This document shows, in pieces, positions 48,292 to 58,556 of a stretch of 64,000 bases of DNA. Positions within the stretch are counted from its first letter, which is position 1, and every line of letters starts with the position of its first letter. A program made the translations under genes and the position numbers. Origin of the DNA: an uncultured Clostridia bacterium (GTDB taxonomy: Bacteria > Bacillota > Clostridia > TANB77 > CAG-508); the NCBI GenBank assembly GCA_934154805.1, contig CAKPGM010000001.1:6177-70176 (forward strand), given 5' to 3'. Below the pieces are notes generated by a model. That model was not told where the DNA came from, made no database searches, and saw only the letters and a list, made by a program, of their open reading frames with translations.

Positions 48292-48534
48292 TTATTGTAG
48301 ATCATTTTTGACTGTCATTATTTCTGTTTGTGTTGCTTGTGCTGCTGGTTTGTAGTATCCTTTTGCTTGTGCTATTTTAAACAACTCATATTGAAAACTT
48401 TCATCATTATTTCTTATCTGTTGTATTGTTTGTCTTAGTTGCATATTTTCTGTTTCAATTATTACTCCTTGGTATGTTTTTAGCTCAGATTTAACTCCAT
48501 CTAATATGTCATTAACCATTGTTTTTTCGTCCAT
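48292..48534 (-). CDS. CotF-like spore coat protein
   Basis: 80 aa. The Coat-F pattern is MVNDILDGVKSELKTYQGVIIETENMQLRQTIQQIRNNDESFQYELFKIAQAKGYY. Confidence 0.65.
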   Translation of the reverse strand: MDEKTMVNDILDGVKSELKTYQGVIIETENMQLRQTIQQIRNNDESFQYELFKIAQAKGYYKPAAQATQTEIMTVKNDLQ

Positions 48535-48545
48535 GCTCTTACCTC

Positions 48546-48734
48546 CTAATTATTTAAAAATGACATTAATTTTTGTTTTGTGTTTAGTGCATCTTGTGCA
48601 GATTTTGTGAATACCTGCTTAATTTGTGGATCAACTGCCTGTGATGCATATGCGTTTAATTTTTGGTATGATGTTTCGTGTACACCTATTAAATGTCTTA
48701 AATTTTGTAATTCTACTTGACTTAAATTTGCCAT
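48546..48734 (-). CDS. small spore-coat-associated protein (usual partner of the CotF-like gene)
   Basis: 62 aa, helical, directly upstream of the CotF-like gene in the same orientation. The assignment rests mostly on context. Confidence 0.4.
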   Translation of the reverse strand: MANLSQVELQNLRHLIGVHETSYQKLNAYASQAVDPQIKQVFTKSAQDALNTKQKLMSFLNN

Positions 48735-48837
48735 GTTTATCCTTCCTTTCTGACTTAGATAATTTTATTATGCTCTTCAATTTTAGTTTTATTCAAAAAA
48801 AATTATATGATTTTTTTATCATATAATTTTTTGTTTT

Positions 48838-51153
48838 TTATTTTATTATTTCTAAGCCAGCAAATTTTGCCATTAACCTCTTATGTCCAACCTTGTCAAA
48901 TTCTAGGTCTACCTTGATATCGTCTCCTTCTTGTTCTAGTTTTGTTATTGTACCTTCTCCAAATTTCTTATGATATACTCTTTGACCAACTTGGTATTTG
49001 CTTAGGTCTACATTACTGTTTTGGTTATTTTGTTTTATTGAATTTAAGAAACTCTCTGCTGTTCTAAATTGGAACCCTGCAGTCTTGTTTTCTTGTAATA
49101 TTTTCGCAGTGTTCTTCTTGTCCTCTTCATCCATTTTGTATGTTTTTACAGTTTGTCCTTTTCCATAGCTCCATCTATAACCAGAATCTTTGAATTCATC
49201 TTCCTTAGAGTTACTGTTTACCATCTCAGCATAGCCTTCTAACAACTCTTCTGGAATCTCTTGAACAAATCTTGATACTTGATTATAGCTTGTTGCTCCA
49301 AATATTGTTCTGTGTTTAGCACAAGTTAGATACAAATATTGTTTTGCTCTAGTTATTCCTACATAAAATAGTCTTCTTTCTTCTTCAAGTGCTTGTGGTT
49401 CTCCTATTGATTTATATCCTGGGAATATTCCTTCTTCCATTCCCACTAGGAATACAACTGGGAATTCAAGTCCTTTTGCACTATGTAAAGTCATCAATGT
49501 TACAGAGTCTTCTTGATCTTCCATTCCATCTATGTCGCTTGAAAGTGTTATGTTTTCTAAGAATTCAGCCAAAGTATTGTCCGCTTCTTGTTCTTCAAAT
49601 TCTATTGCAACTGTTAAAAACTCCTCTAGGTTTTCTATCCTTGTTTCGGCTTCCACACTATTTTCAAGTTCTAGTGCCTTTGTATATCCTGTTTTGTTTA
49701 AGGTTTCTTTTATTAAATCAGAGATTTTAATTTTATCTTTCTGCTCTCTTAGATATTCAATTTGCTCGATAAACTCCCTTGAATATGCATACACTCTGCT
49801 CAATTCATATTTTTCTGCATCTTTTATTATTTCGTACATTGGTATACCAGAGTTCTCTGATATTTCTTGAACCCTGTCTAAACTCGTTTTACCTATTCCT
49901 CTTTTTGGTTCATTAATTATTCTTTTTAAAGATAAATTATCTGCTGTATTATGAATTAATCTTAAATATGCAATTATGTCTTTTATTTCTTTTCTTTCGT
50001 AGAATTTTAAGCCTCCAATTACTTTATATGGTAAACCTTCTCTCATTAATATATCTTCTATTGCTCTTGATTGAGCATTCATTCTATATAATACAACAAA
50101 GTCCGAATTTTTATAGTATTCCTCTCTTTTTAGATGTTCTATTTGCTCTACTATGTATCTTGCTTCATCATATTCATCCTCTCCATTGTAAATACAAGGG
50201 ATTTTTCCTTCTTCGTTTTGTGTCCACAATTTTTTGTCATATTTATTTTCGTTGTGCTTAATTACTGCGTTTGCAGCTTTTAAGATATTGCCTGTACATC
50301 TATAATTCTGCTCTAATTTTATTATCTTAGTTCCTGGAAAGTCTCTTTCAAAGTTTAGTATATTGCTAATGTCAGCTCCTCTAAAACTATAAATTCCTTG
50401 GTCATTATCACCTACGGCTGTTATATTTCCATATTTTGATGCCAACATTGATACCAACATAAATTGTGCTTTGTTTGTATCTTGGTACTCATCTACTAAT
50501 ACATATTGGAATTTTTCTGTGTAATAATCTAGTACATCTGGATTTTCTGTTAGTATTTTTATTGTAAGATTTATTATATCATCAAAGTCTAAAGCATTGT
50601 TTTCTTTTAATTTTTGTTGATATAATGCATATAATTCTGCAATTTTTTCTCTTCTAAAATCTCCAGCATATTTCACTCCATATGCCTTTGGTTCTAGCAT
50701 TTCATTTTTACCATTACTTATTTCTGTAAGTACTCCTCTGTCTGTGAATAGCTTATCATCTACTTTTAGTGCTTTTATACATTCTTTTATTAATGTTTTT
50801 TGGTCTGATGTATCAAATATTACAAAGTCTGTTTTATATCCCACTCTATCTATGTATCTTCTTAATATTTTTACGCAAATTGAGTGGAAAGTTCCCATCC
50901 ATAGGTCTTTTGCTGCATCTCCAATTAGTTTTTCTATTCTTTCTTTCATCTCGTTTGCAGCTTTATTTGTAAATGTTATTGCAAGTATATTCCAAGGTTT
51001 TACCCCATTTGCTATCTCATACGCAATTTTATGCGTTAATACTTTTGTTTTTCCGCTTCCAGCACCAGCGATTACAAGGCAAGGTCCCTCTGTTGCTAGT
51101 ACCGCTTCTTTTTGTTTATCATTTAATCCTTCAATTATTTCTTCTTTGTTCAT
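48838..51153 (-). CDS. pcrA: ATP-dependent DNA helicase PcrA (UvrD/Rep superfamily 1)
   Basis: 771 aa: AGAGSGKTKVLTHKIAY (motif I), VDEYQDTN (motif II), QNYRC and TLHSAKGLEF. Confidence 0.9.
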   Translation of the reverse strand: MNKEEIIEGLNDKQKEAVLATEGPCLVIAGAGSGKTKVLTHKIAYEIANGVKPWNILAITFTNKAANEMKERIEKLIGDAAKDLWMGTFHSICVKILRRYIDRVGYKTDFVIFDTSDQKTLIKECIKALKVDDKLFTDRGVLTEISNGKNEMLEPKAYGVKYAGDFRREKIAELYALYQQKLKENNALDFDDIINLTIKILTENPDVLDYYTEKFQYVLVDEYQDTNKAQFMLVSMLASKYGNITAVGDNDQGIYSFRGADISNILNFERDFPGTKIIKLEQNYRCTGNILKAANAVIKHNENKYDKKLWTQNEEGKIPCIYNGEDEYDEARYIVEQIEHLKREEYYKNSDFVVLYRMNAQSRAIEDILMREGLPYKVIGGLKFYERKEIKDIIAYLRLIHNTADNLSLKRIINEPKRGIGKTSLDRVQEISENSGIPMYEIIKDAEKYELSRVYAYSREFIEQIEYLREQKDKIKISDLIKETLNKTGYTKALELENSVEAETRIENLEEFLTVAIEFEEQEADNTLAEFLENITLSSDIDGMEDQEDSVTLMTLHSAKGLEFPVVFLVGMEEGIFPGYKSIGEPQALEEERRLFYVGITRAKQYLYLTCAKHRTIFGATSYNQVSRFVQEIPEELLEGYAEMVNSNSKEDEFKDSGYRWSYGKGQTVKTYKMDEEDKKNTAKILQENKTAGFQFRTAESFLNSIKQNNQNSNVDLSKYQVGQRVYHKKFGEGTITKLEQEGDDIKVDLEFDKVGHKRLMAKFAGLEIIK

Positions 51154-51239
51154 ATGTAATCCTTTCGTTTTATATTCGAAAGTTATTATATATTTTCAAC
51201 TAATAAAAGTCAATACTTCCGTAAAAACATTTGTTCTTA

Positions 51240-51998
51240 TTAAATACTTACTGCAATCAGTCCTAATATAAATCCTATTATACTACCAATTGCAGGAAAT
51301 CTACCTTTATATAATGAATTCGATTCCGGTATTAGCTCCCCAGAAACTATGTACAACATTGCTCCTGCTGCAAATGTTAGGCAAATAGAAATTACATTCT
51401 CCGATATTCCACCTATTATTTTTCCCACAAATGCTCCTATTCCTGTTGTTACACCAGACAAAACCACGTAGAATAAAACTTTACCAGATCTCATTCCTCC
51501 ATTTTTCATCGGTACTGCCATTGATATTCCTTCTGGTATATCATGTATACAAATTGCAACAGCTAATGAATATCCCAAGGTTAAAGACGCACCAAATCCA
51601 GAGCCTATTGCTAATCCTTCTGGGAAATTATGTAGTGCCAAGCCTATGCTAGTAACTATTCCCGTTCTTAGTAATTCTCTTTTGGTATCTATTTTAGAAT
51701 TTTTCATTTTAAACTTTTTATCAACTGCTACATTACAAATCATCATACATATTATACCTAAAAGTATTCCTATTATCGCATTAGGAACAGATGAAATTTG
51801 TAATGCTTCTGGAATTAAATCAAAGCTTAATATTGCAGTCATTAATCCAGATGCAAAAGATAATATAAAGCTCAAAAATTTATTTGATGGATTTTTAAAT
51901 TTTATGCCTATTATTCCTCCTAATGTAGTTCCAAATGTACCAAAGAAAAGCCCTAATAGTGTAACTTTTAATAATTCATTCAATTTACTCACTTCCAA
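51240..51998 (-). CDS. ZIP-family divalent metal transporter (ZupT-like)
   Basis: 252 aa, polytopic: HNFPEGLAIG and HDIPEGISM motifs. Confidence 0.8.
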   Translation of the reverse strand: MEVSKLNELLKVTLLGLFFGTFGTTLGGIIGIKFKNPSNKFLSFILSFASGLMTAILSFDLIPEALQISSVPNAIIGILLGIICMMICNVAVDKKFKMKNSKIDTKRELLRTGIVTSIGLALHNFPEGLAIGSGFGASLTLGYSLAVAICIHDIPEGISMAVPMKNGGMRSGKVLFYVVLSGVTTGIGAFVGKIIGGISENVISICLTFAAGAMLYIVSGELIPESNSLYKGRFPAIGSIIGFILGLIAVSI

Positions 51999-52096
51999 TT
52001 CGCTTTTTCTAATTTATATTCAGTAAAAACTTGATTATGAAACGAATTGATTTGTGGATAAAAAATATAGGCCCTTTTATTTGGCCTATACTTTAT

Positions 52097-52537
52097 TTAT
52101 TTTTGCTCTTTTTTTGTTTCTTCTGACTTGTTTAATTTTTTGTTAATATCAGTTGTATTTCTGCAAATAACTAGTGTTACTAATAATAATTCATATACTA
52201 CTCTTGCTGCTACATTTCCAAATATCAACATCATTAAGAATGCTAAGAAGCTTGTTGATATTAGTCCAAATGATCCTAATGTTATAAATAATGCTGCAAT
52301 TAGGTATAAGATTTTTAGTAAGTTTTCTATCATCATTTTTTTGAATGTTAAGAAATCATACATCCATCCTAAGAAACCTGTAAATTTTCCCTCATTCTTT
52401 TTGCTTAAAAATGTGAAGTATAATACTATACCTCCAACTACTGCAAGTATAGCTGCTATAATTGTCCATATTGCACTAGATGCAACCCTTGTTGTGGTCA
52501 ATGTTGGATTTATTCCGTAACTACTATACATTTTCAA
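52097..52537 (-). CDS. hypothetical membrane protein
   Basis: 146 aa with 3-4 hydrophobic helices. I cannot name a family. Confidence 0.5.
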   Translation of the reverse strand: MKMYSSYGINPTLTTTRVASSAIWTIIAAILAVVGGIVLYFTFLSKKNEGKFTGFLGWMYDFLTFKKMMIENLLKILYLIAALFITLGSFGLISTSFLAFLMMLIFGNVAARVVYELLLVTLVICRNTTDINKKLNKSEETKKEQK

Positions 52538-52654
52538 ATCCCCCTTTCAATGTTCTGCATACATAATACTACATTTTTTTACATTTTTCAACATATTTTA
52601 AATTAAAAAATGAATACTAATAAATTGTATTCATTTTCTATTATTTATATTCTA

Positions 52655-53716
52655 TTATTCGTCTGATCCTTTTAGCTTTTCTGCTCTGTCCGCAGCTGTT
52701 AAATTATCTATCATTTCATCTAAATTTCCATTTAAGAAATCTTCCATTTGATAAATGCTTAAACCAATTCTATGGTCTGTTATACGTCCTTGTGGATAAT
52801 TGTATGTACGAATTTTTTCACTTCTATCTCCACTTCCAATTTGACTCTTTCTTTCACTTGCAAGTTTCGAATCTCTTTCTTGTCTTTCTTTTTCATATAA
52901 TCTTGATTGCAATAACTTCATAGCATATTCTCTATTTTGAGTTTGTGAACGTTCTGTTTGGCACTCTGCTACAGTTCCTGTTGGAATATGTATTAATCTT
53001 ACTGCTGATGATGTTTTATTTACGTGTTGTCCTCCAGCACCTGATGCTCTGAATACTTCTAATTTTATATCTGCTGGATTTATGTTTATTTGTACATCAT
53101 CTACTACTGGCAAAACTGCAACTGTTGCTGTTGATGTATGGATTCTTCCACTCGCTTCTGTTTCTGGAACTCTTTGTACTCTATGAACTCCGCTTTCGTA
53201 TTTTAGTCTACTATAAGCTCCTTTACCAGAAATCATAAAAGAAATTTCTTTGTATCCGCCTAATCCTGTTTCATTTTCATTTAGCACTTCTAGTTTCCAA
53301 TGTTTTCTTTCTGCATACATTGAGTACATTCTGAACAATGTTCCTGCAAATAGAGCTGCTTCATCTCCACCAGCTCCTCCTCTGATTTCACATATTATGT
53401 TTTTGTCATCATCTGGATCCTTTGGAATTAATAATATTTTTAGCTCTTCTTCTAGTTTAGGTAACTGTTCTCTATTTTCTCTTGCTTCCTCTTCTGCAAG
53501 TTCTTTCATTTCTGGATCTTTCATTAATTCTTCAGCATCTGCTAAACTTTGTTTTACCTTTTTATATTCTTTATATTTTAAAACTACTTCTTCAATTTCA
53601 GCATGTTCCTTCATATATTGTGTCCATTCACTTGTTTTTGCAATTATTTCAGGATCAGCTATTTTTTCAGTAAGTTCTTCATATCTCTGCTCTACAGCAT
53701 CTAATTTTTGAAACAT
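52655..53716 (-). CDS. prfA: peptide chain release factor 1
   Basis: 353 aa with the GGQHVNKT motif, a PET-type (PxT) stop-codon recognition tripeptide in [17 protein letters not shown], and typical RF1 length. Confidence 0.95.
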   Translation of the reverse strand: MFQKLDAVEQRYEELTEKIADPEIIAKTSEWTQYMKEHAEIEEVVLKYKEYKKVKQSLADAEELMKDPEMKELAEEEARENREQLPKLEEELKILLIPKDPDDDKNIICEIRGGAGGDEAALFAGTLFRMYSMYAERKHWKLEVLNENETGLGGYKEISFMISGKGAYSRLKYESGVHRVQRVPETEASGRIHTSTATVAVLPVVDDVQININPADIKLEVFRASGAGGQHVNKTSSAVRLIHIPTGTVAECQTERSQTQNREYAMKLLQSRLYEKERQERDSKLASERKSQIGSGDRSEKIRTYNYPQGRITDHRIGLSIYQMEDFLNGNLDEMIDNLTAADRAEKLKGSDE

Positions 53717-53856
53717 AAAATCTCTCCTTTATTTTTATAAGCCTAATTATTATATATCAAAATAGCTTTAATTTCAATATTTTAAATAGAATTTTGCCAA
53801 TTATAGCTTAATACTTAAAACAAGAGGGGAAAAAATCCCCTCTGTATGCAACATCT

Positions 53857-54138
53857 CTATTGCCCCATAATTTCCTGTAACATTTTGATTCGTCTTTGTT
53901 TTTCTGCATAATCTCTGCAGTAAACAGTAACTACATCGCCATTGTTATGCTTCACAATGAGAATGTCCCCTTCTCTGGCTCCTTTTGCATAGAGCTCTAA
54001 TTCAGTCACCGGAATGTCTACCATTGCGGTTTCTTTATCCTCAAAGTCCATCTTCTTGCTTTCCATAACATCCACGAGCTCAAGTTCGCAAACTGCGTAC
54101 TCTCCCTCTATTCTGTCTATTGATGCATAACTAATCAT
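53857..54138 (-). CDS. DUF3006-family small protein
   Basis: I chose the start at 54138 (MISYASIDRIEGEYAVCELE…), which overlaps the stop of the upstream MBL gene (ATGATTAG). It is the usual partner of ComEC-type MBL hydrolases. Confidence 0.6.
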   Translation of the reverse strand: MISYASIDRIEGEYAVCELELVDVMESKKMDFEDKETAMVDIPVTELELYAKGAREGDILIVKHNNGDVVTVYCRDYAEKQRRIKMLQEIMGQ

Positions 54139-55123
54139 TTTTTGCACTCCTTTCAGCCAGTTCAGTACCACTAAGGTAGTCCCCTGCCGAACAGTCAAAA
54201 GTAACATTGTTGAAAGTTATTGTTGCCACAACCGTACCATTTTCATCAGTCCGATAAACTGGAATCTCTCTTTCCTTGAGTTTATCCATCGTTTCTTTAA
54301 TAGGATGATTATACTTGTTTCCAAGTTTTGCTGAAATCAAAGCATAATCAGGTGAAATTGCATCTAAGAATTCTTCACTTGTTGAAGTATCACTTCCGTG
54401 ATGACCAACTTTCAGGATTTCTGCATCCAGATCAATTCCAGAATTAACAATTGCTTCCTCTACTTCTTTTTCAGCATCTCCAGTCATAATAACATCCATC
54501 TCACCGAAGGATACTTTTAAAACTATCGAATAGTTATTTAAATCACCATTCTTAACCTCCCATATTGGTCCAATTATTCTTATAGTTGCATCTCCTAGAT
54601 GATATATCTCTCCAACCCTGGAATACTCCAGGTTATATTCACCCGTTTTTAACTCCTTCATCAGCTTAAGGTACCAGTTGGTAGTAACTTCACCGTCTTT
54701 TACTTCAGGTAAAATCACTTTACCTATTTCAAAGTTGGTAATCACATCATACATGCCACCCATGTGGTCGTCATGAGGATGAGTTCCAAATAGGTAATCA
54801 ATTTTCGTGATCCCCTTATCCTTTAGATATTTTACAACATCCTTTCCTGTTGACCGTGTTCCACAGTCGACAAGACAAGTCTTGCCATCCTGTTCAAGCA
54901 AAAATGAATCTGCTTGTCCGCAGTCAATCATCGTAAGTTTAAGCTCACCTTGAGGTTTTTGTACTTCCGAAGAAGATGTCTGTCCATTGGGTTGAGTTCC
55001 AGTATTGCTGGGTTCGCTTTCGCCTACTTGGTTGGCGGTTACCACGGCAGCAATTAGTAGAAACGCAATTGTTACTATGGCTTTAGATAGTCGCTTTTTC
55101 CGATCGTTATTGGCATGTGCCAT
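54131..55123 (-). CDS. secreted/anchored MBL-fold metallo-hydrolase (ComEC/Rec2 C-terminal-domain-like)
   Basis: I chose the start at 55123 (MAHANNDRKKRLSKAIVTIAFLLIAAVV…) after AAAGGAGGAA. It has the HPHDDHMGG (HxHxDH) motif. The sequence is visibly richer in G+C than its surroundings. Confidence 0.75.
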   Translation of the reverse strand: MAHANNDRKKRLSKAIVTIAFLLIAAVVTANQVGESEPSNTGTQPNGQTSSSEVQKPQGELKLTMIDCGQADSFLLEQDGKTCLVDCGTRSTGKDVVKYLKDKGITKIDYLFGTHPHDDHMGGMYDVITNFEIGKVILPEVKDGEVTTNWYLKLMKELKTGEYNLEYSRVGEIYHLGDATIRIIGPIWEVKNGDLNNYSIVLKVSFGEMDVIMTGDAEKEVEEAIVNSGIDLDAEILKVGHHGSDTSTSEEFLDAISPDYALISAKLGNKYNHPIKETMDKLKEREIPVYRTDENGTVVATITFNNVTFDCSAGDYLSGTELAERSAKND

Positions 55124-55190
55124 ATACGATTCCTCCTTTACAAATTTTATGTAAATAATTATACCAGATTTTATTTGCAAAAGCAACCAC

Positions 55191-55658
55191 TTAGTCTTTA
55201 TTTATCATATGTACAGGGAATTTTCCTTGTTTTAATATCTCTTTTATTATTGATGGTTTTACTGGATAATCATCTATCTTATCTATATCTACCCATTCAT
55301 ATTGCAAATAGTCTTTACCCTCTTTATTCTTCAATGTATATTCAATTTTCTTATCTTCTTCATTTACAAATTCCGCTCTATGAATGAATAACATCTCATG
55401 ATACTTAGCACCTTTCATCTCAAAAAAGTTTTCTATTACGCCTCCATGTTCTATTATCTCAGCTTCTTTTCCAAGTTCCTCTTCAATTTCTCTTTTTACG
55501 GTAGTTGCTGAATCTTCGCCGATTTCAACTCTTCCTCCTATAAAAGTATAGTGATTCGAGTTAAGATTTCTGTGTGTTAAGACTTTGTTGTTATGAATTA
55601 TAATTCCAGCAGCTCTTACATTTAACTTGTAGTCCTCTACTTCAATCGTTAAATCCAT
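55191..55658 (-). CDS. NUDIX hydrolase
   Basis: 155 aa. Nudix box: GGRVEIGEDSATTVKREIEEELG. Confidence 0.85.
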   Translation of the reverse strand: MDLTIEVEDYKLNVRAAGIIIHNNKVLTHRNLNSNHYTFIGGRVEIGEDSATTVKREIEEELGKEAEIIEHGGVIENFFEMKGAKYHEMLFIHRAEFVNEEDKKIEYTLKNKEGKDYLQYEWVDIDKIDDYPVKPSIIKEILKQGKFPVHMINKD

Positions 55659-55812
55659 TTTATTTAATTCCTTTCCCAGGCTTTTATTTATAAAACAAAT
55701 TTGAAATTTACCGGCATACTCTTGGTATGTTAATAAATTTCAAATGTTAGTCTTATATTCTTTCGCCTTTTACTAATCAGCATTATATCACATTATTTGC
55801 TTTATGCAATGG

Positions 55813-56745
55813 TTATCTATCAGAATCATTATATTCTATCATATCAGTATCATATACAACTGGTTCTCCTGGCTTTAGTGTTTCTTCCTTTATGTTTTTA
55901 TGATCTGTTATTCCTCCAACACCATCAAACAATCTTCTCTGGTTAGGCTTTTGAAGAATTCCAATATTTCCATATAGAATATCTTTGCATTTAATCTTAG
56001 ATTCCTTAAGTTTATTTATCAACTCTTGCCTTTGCTCTTCTGTTACGTTTTTAGTATCAACCTTGTCTTGTACCTCAACAATTAAAATATCTTTGCCCTC
56101 TTTGTCTGAGATTCTCTCTCTCAACAAAGGTTGCAAAATATTAGGATGATATGGTATTTCAAACTTATCTCTAGTTTCACCCAACTTTATGACATATCCA
56201 TTTGTCTCTATTGCATCACTATAAGTGCCCTCATCTTCGATTTTCTTTAACTCTTTTCCTTCCGAAACTTCTTTAATGATTTCTTCAACAAATATCGAAA
56301 CATCTCCCTTAATAATTCCACCTAATGTTGATTCTCGAATTAGTCCCTGTCTATAAAGATTATATGAATATTCGTTTCGCTCCAACATTTCTTGCTTTTT
56401 CTCATCACTAAGCAAATCAATAAAATCTACGATATCTTCTCCATCCAACCTTGCAATGACTTGTGTTGCATTATTGGTTAATGTATCTTGCCCCTCTGGC
56501 ACATCCGAAATCATCTCTGCAATATCCAGAATCTCATCTTTTAACGCTCTTTGTAAAATGTGAGAAAATTGGCTTAATACCGTATTTTCATATCCACTAC
56601 TTAACAACTTTTCTATGATTGGAACAAGCAATCCATATTTGTAAAACTCCTTGTCGTCTAGTAACTGGCTTAGTTTATCACTTAATACTTGTGCACCACT
56701 CGGATTTTCTAATAATTCATTTAAATATTCTTCCTTTTTATCCAT
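55813..56745 (-). CDS. hypothetical protein
   Basis: A 310-aa acidic soluble ORF with normal coding character. I recognise no motif. Confidence 0.45.
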   Translation of the reverse strand: MDKKEEYLNELLENPSGAQVLSDKLSQLLDDKEFYKYGLLVPIIEKLLSSGYENTVLSQFSHILQRALKDEILDIAEMISDVPEGQDTLTNNATQVIARLDGEDIVDFIDLLSDEKKQEMLERNEYSYNLYRQGLIRESTLGGIIKGDVSIFVEEIIKEVSEGKELKKIEDEGTYSDAIETNGYVIKLGETRDKFEIPYHPNILQPLLRERISDKEGKDILIVEVQDKVDTKNVTEEQRQELINKLKESKIKCKDILYGNIGILQKPNQRRLFDGVGGITDHKNIKEETLKPGEPVVYDTDMIEYNDSDR

Positions 56746-56760
56746 CAGTTTGCTCCTCTT

Positions 56761-57180
56761 TTATTCATCATATAAAATCATTCCAGCACCTAAATCATCA
56801 TTTGGTCTTGATATAAATCCAAACCTCTCATAAAAACTCTCTCTGCCCTTTGATGCTCCTAAATATGTTCTTATCTCTGGATTCACTTTTTTATACTCGT
56901 TGATTTTCTCTAATAGCGTGTTCATTATCCCTGTGCCAATTTTCTTGCCCTGATACTCCGGAATAATCATTACATCTTGAATATACAGAAATATAGTTTT
57001 ATCTCCAATAATTCTGCCATAACCAATAAGCTTTTCCCCATCATATGCACAAATTGAGCATAAAGTATTGCTTAACGCTTCTTCCACTATTTCATTTATT
57101 CTCTTTCCCCAACCAACCGCTTCAGTAAGCATATTAAACTCATCAGCAGTAGGTGTTCTCTGTATATAAGTTATCTGCAT
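56761..57180 (-). CDS. GNAT-family N-acetyltransferase
   Basis: 139 aa. The acetyl-CoA binding region is VMIIPEYQGKKIGTGIMNTLL. Confidence 0.8.
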   Translation of the reverse strand: MQITYIQRTPTADEFNMLTEAVGWGKRINEIVEEALSNTLCSICAYDGEKLIGYGRIIGDKTIFLYIQDVMIIPEYQGKKIGTGIMNTLLEKINEYKKVNPEIRTYLGASKGRESFYERFGFISRPNDDLGAGMILYDE

Positions 57181-57245
57181 TTTCTCCTCCTAAAATTAAT
57201 ATAAAAAATCTGCTTCATATGACTAGATTTTATCAGCCTCTTGTA

Positions 57246-58094
57246 TTATCTGATAATCTCACTTTCAAAAAATTGTTCTTGAAAATTTGTAAACTGTCTA
57301 ATCTCTTCATCTGTAAGGTTCTTGTCTTCTGGAACAATTATTAATTTGTCATCATCATCATTTGTTCTATGAATCACAGCTATGCACTTTCCTGAAAACT
57401 CTTGCACAGGCTTATTCACACCTAACACATAAGCATCCAGCTCTTCTCCATCGCCACTTACTGTATTCGGAACATAACCATAATTTGCCTCATATACAAA
57501 TCCATGCTTTGGATGCTTGCTATTTAAAGGTCTATCTATTCTCACGCTTACATTCTTTCCTATGAATCCATAAGACTCTCTTTGTTCAGTTTTCAAAGCC
57601 AATTCATATTCATCTCGTCCAAAGTCAACTGTTGGCACGATCTCTTGATTATTAAACATTTCCATAAATTCATCTATACTTACCCACTTAAAATCTGTAG
57701 CCTCTCCATCTGGGAAGGTAATCTCTTCATCATTTATATCACGTTTAAACAGCCACAAATCTTTGAAATTTGCAGGGACCATTTCACGCTTTACCTCTTT
57801 TAGGAAAATAGCTTCTGGTTTCGAAAATTTAATTCCTAACTCCTCTCTTACTTCTCTTAGAATTCCCTCTAAGCTTGTTTCTCCCTTCAAAGCAGAACCA
57901 CCGTTACATTCCCACATTCCACCAAACTTCTTAAATGGAGCTCTCTTACTAATCAATATTTCATTTTTTGTGTTTAAAATAATGGCTTGTACCACCAAAT
58001 GATATTCTCCATCTTTAAACTCATAAACTCCTCTTTCTGCCGTTCTTCCTGTCTTCTTTTTGTTTCCGTCATATATATCCCAAAGCTCCGCCAT
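57246..58094 (-). CDS. fusion protein: N-terminal NUDIX hydrolase and C-terminal family-I inorganic-pyrophosphatase-like domain
   Basis: 282 aa. The Nudix box is GGSALKGETSLEGILREVREELG. The C-terminus, YEANYGYVPNTVSGDGEELDAYVLGVNKPVQEFSGKCIAVIHRTNDDDDKLIIVP, aligns with E. coli PPase [59 protein letters not shown]. Confidence 0.7.
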   Translation of the reverse strand: MAELWDIYDGNKKKTGRTAERGVYEFKDGEYHLVVQAIILNTKNEILISKRAPFKKFGGMWECNGGSALKGETSLEGILREVREELGIKFSKPEAIFLKEVKREMVPANFKDLWLFKRDINDEEITFPDGEATDFKWVSIDEFMEMFNNQEIVPTVDFGRDEYELALKTEQRESYGFIGKNVSVRIDRPLNSKHPKHGFVYEANYGYVPNTVSGDGEELDAYVLGVNKPVQEFSGKCIAVIHRTNDDDDKLIIVPEDKNLTDEEIRQFTNFQEQFFESEIIR

Positions 58095-58251
58095 AAAATC
58101 CTCCTTTTAGGTTTATTCTTTCCACAATTATAGCACAAGATGTGGATTAATGGAATGAGATTGTAATTTTTTATTCTCTTTAGCTAAAAGTAACCACCCC
58201 CATAGAAATCGACAAGTGTCGTTTTCTATGAGAGGCGGTTTGGGATGCAAC

Positions 58252-58467
58252 TCACTTATACTGAGCGTGGTGGCGTACTGCCACAAAACCTTTTTCGGTT
58301 TTGTCCAGATAGGCTTCTAATTCAACCCAGCCATGCGCACCATCGTGCACATTCCGAATATCATCCAGAACCTTCTGAGCTTCCTTTTCAGTTGCATATG
58401 CGTGTGCAGAACGGAAGACTTCTTCGTATGCGAGGTTTTTGCCATTATAAGTTTCGGGTGTTTTCAT
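58252..58467 (-). CDS. small hypothetical protein in a G+C-rich patch
   Basis: A 71-aa ORF preceded by an AGGAGGAAAT SD. It overlaps an antisense ORF (58245-58487), which I regard as spurious. Confidence 0.45.
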   Translation of the reverse strand: MKTPETYNGKNLAYEEVFRSAHAYATEKEAQKVLDDIRNVHDGAHGWVELEAYLDKTEKGFVAVRHHAQYK

Positions 58468-58556
58468 CGAAATTTCCTCCTATTTAGGTAATACATATAT
58501 TATACCATATTTTTGTATTTTTTTCAAATTTATGTTAATCTGTCTATACAATATAT

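Noticed and set aside
58245-58487. Plus-strand 80-aa ORF overlapping 58252-58467
   Set aside because: The two ORFs are mutually exclusive. The minus-strand one has a clear AGGAGG SD and a plausible soluble-protein composition. The plus-strand one is Arg/His/Pro-rich, as expected for an antisense read of G+C-rich coding DNA.
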